Below are positions 62,101 to 64,000 of a stretch of DNA of 64,000 bases, one piece after another (positions within the stretch are counted from its first letter, which is position 1; every line of letters begins with the position of its first letter). Where the stretch lies: assembly GCA_043228905.1 (NCBI GenBank), contig JBHGNT010000004.1:15810001-15874000 (forward strand), given 5' to 3'. The position numbers and the translations under genes are program-made. This DNA is from Azolla caroliniana. Lineage: Eukaryota > Plantae > Polypodiophyta. Below the pieces are notes generated by a model. The model made no database searches. It was not told the DNA's origin and saw only the letters and a program-made list of their open reading frames with translations.

Positions 62101-64000
62101 TCGTTCGGTCCACTCAACCGTAACGATTCCGGACTCTCATCTTGAGTCCCAGCTTCATCATCCTCTGCCAGGGCTGATTCAGGCTCACTGGCCTGATCTT
62201 CCGACATTGGGTCGGGATCGGAAGTCGGAGTCGGTACGGAGTACCAAGATGCCGATTCATCGAACTCGACATCCCGGCTAACTCGGACTTCCTTCGTCCA
62301 AGGGTTATAGCACTTATACCCCTTTTGCTCTTGAGCATAGCCGACTAGGATGCATTTTTCCGATTTTGCATCCAGCTTTCTCCACTTCTGATCCGGCACA
62401 TGCACATACCCTATGTTCCCGAATATCCGAAGGTGTCTTAAGTTCGGCTTGCGCCCGAAATATAGCTCATGAGCTGACACCTTGTCAGCAATGCGGTTTT
62501 GTATGTAGACGGCCGTCCGGACCGCCTCCGCCCAGTAGAACCGGGGCATGCTCTTCTCCTCCAGCATTGCCCTTGCCGCTTCGACGAGTGTCCGGTTCTT
62601 CCTTTCGGCCACACCATTTTGCTCCGGTGTGTATCTGCAGCTGAACTCTCGCCGAATTCCCTTATGCTGCAGATAACTAGTGAATTGGCCGGGAAAATAT
62701 TCCTTTCGGCCATCCGACCGAAGGCATTTGATCTTCCTCTCCGATTCCCGTTCTACCATCTTCTAGAGGCTCCGGAAATAGTCGAAGACTTCGCTCTTCC
62801 GCTCAATGAGGTAGATCCAAGTATGTCGAGTATAGTCGTCGATAAAGGAGACGAAGTATCGACTCCCGCCAAGGCTTACACTTTGTGCCGGTCCCCACAC
62901 ATCCCAATGGATGAGATCGAGCTTGTTACGGCTCCGGTTCCGTTCGGTGGGGAATGGAAGCCGGTGTTGCTTCCCAAGTTGGCAGGCTTCACAAATTTCG
63001 GCTCTCCGGCCGCTGAACTTCGGCAAACCGAAAACGACTTGTTTCGTTTGCAGGTCTTGAAGCCTCCGGTAGTTGACGTGGCCTATCCGCTTGTGCCACA
63101 GGTCGATGTCGGACTCGACCTTCTGTCGTTTCGCGAACAGAGCGGTGCCAAAGTCATTGGTGTTGAGGATAAACATCCTCCCGTCTCTGCGCCCTTGCGC
63201 AATGACTTCGCCCTCATCCTCAATGAAGCACCCGAAGTGGGTAAACCGCACCTGCATCCCCTGGTCGACAATTTGACCGACGGACACCAGGTTCTTCGTG
63301 ATTATCGGAACGTGTAATACGTTCATCAGCTTCCCTTTCTGTCCGACGTGGCTTAGAGGGACTTCTTCGACGTGCACGATTGGGTGAGGAGTGTCGTCTC
63401 CGGTTTCGACTACTCCTGGTTGATCCGGTTTCTCCAGAAAGGAGAACCACTCTTTGTGGCTCGTCATGTGGTTCGACACGCCGGAATCAACATACCACAC
63501 TTCCTCCGTTTTGGAAGTGGTCTTCTTCATTGAGTTTGCCTTGTGATTCATCACCAAGGCTGGCCCCTTACCGGCCTTTCCGGTTCCGAATCCTCCTGAT
63601 CCGTTTGTGTAGTGCGAGTTTTGCCGGCCACCCTTACCGGTCATGCCGGATCCGGATTTGTCCGAATCGGCACGCTTTCTCCAGCACTCGCTTTCCCTGT
63701 GGCCTTTTTTGCCATAGTACCAGCATTCCGTAGCGGATTTGTCTTGCCGGCCTCCGGCACCGCCTTGACTCCCCCTTCTTGTGGAAGTCCCGGAACTGCT
63801 GTCGGCACGCTCATAGTGCCTCCATTCCTGCTCTTGCCGGCCGCCTCCACTGCATGCCGACCCACCTCTTCCACCACGCCCATGGAGCCGATCCGTTCCC
63901 GTGTACAACATTCGGCTGTCCGGGGATGGACTGGTAGATGCATCGGCGTGGTTCTCCTCTACAAGGAGCATCGACTGTAAGTCGAAGAATGAGGGGGTAT
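59125..64000 (-). mobile_element. Ty1/copia element, lightly decayed, 5' end outside window; 3' LTR remnant 59125-59488
   Basis: Gag end, WYVDSG, integrase, LYVDD and RNase H in ORFs 62763-63971 and 60351-62759. PPT TTGAGGGGGAG at 59489-59499. Confidence 0.94.
59483..60259 (-). CDS. C-terminal extension of copia Pol (charged, with a CxxC-x3-H-x4-H motif)
   Basis: In frame with the RNase H tail QVADIFTKPLGSDKL*HFTDMLG. Open for 258 codons and ends 6 nt inside the LTR. Confidence 0.65.
   Translation of the reverse strand: MLGIQHLDMPHLRGSSKGKVSTETGKGQKTVEPVSKRRAERRGDKKMKEAESTKEVDTSEQVGASGCEEGLCTQKEKCMLCGGHHDGTDHDAESNEEFDFGSPAEEAEGSMEKAKTRMWSDVVRGLKPEVESECTDSDKSWNESETTDSDQQMDSDASDRLKAKGTQTQRKSMPSWENRRIGKRRSHSNVSAEMGLLSRHADREGRGAQNQRGRGKRDQTRRGARARRSDASRSRLEELTATEVDTTTPPQVEVEGEC

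Overview
Eukaryotic, almost entirely transposon-derived window with no intact host gene. The retroelement types suggest a non-seed land plant such as a fern or bryophyte (inference). It is a nested pile of Ty1/copia and Ty3/gypsy LTR retrotransposons, solo LTRs and two DNA-transposon remnants, and many boundaries are fixed by target-site duplications (TSDs). Main elements: a very young copia (9560-14893) inside the 3' LTR of a tRNA-Trp-primed gypsy (9383-21699), and an Athila/Tat-like gypsy (30021-49887) that split a Sola/DUF7869-like transposase and itself hosts another Trp-primed gypsy (40180-49320), which hosts a TIR element. Most notable observations: (1) an intron-containing, prokaryote-type beta-class N6A/N4C DNA methyltransferase pseudogene next to the transposase; (2) an LTR element with a second tRNA-Arg site where the polypurine tract (PPT) should be; (3) antisense tRNA-like Pol III modules in several distinct LTR families; (4) a conserved GGAUUUU plus pseudoknot -1 frameshift signal between protease and RT; (5) a copia Pol with an approximately 250-aa C-terminal extension between two PPTs; (6) a U3 module shared by copia and gypsy LTRs. 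All calls come from reading the sequence by eye; no database searches were run.
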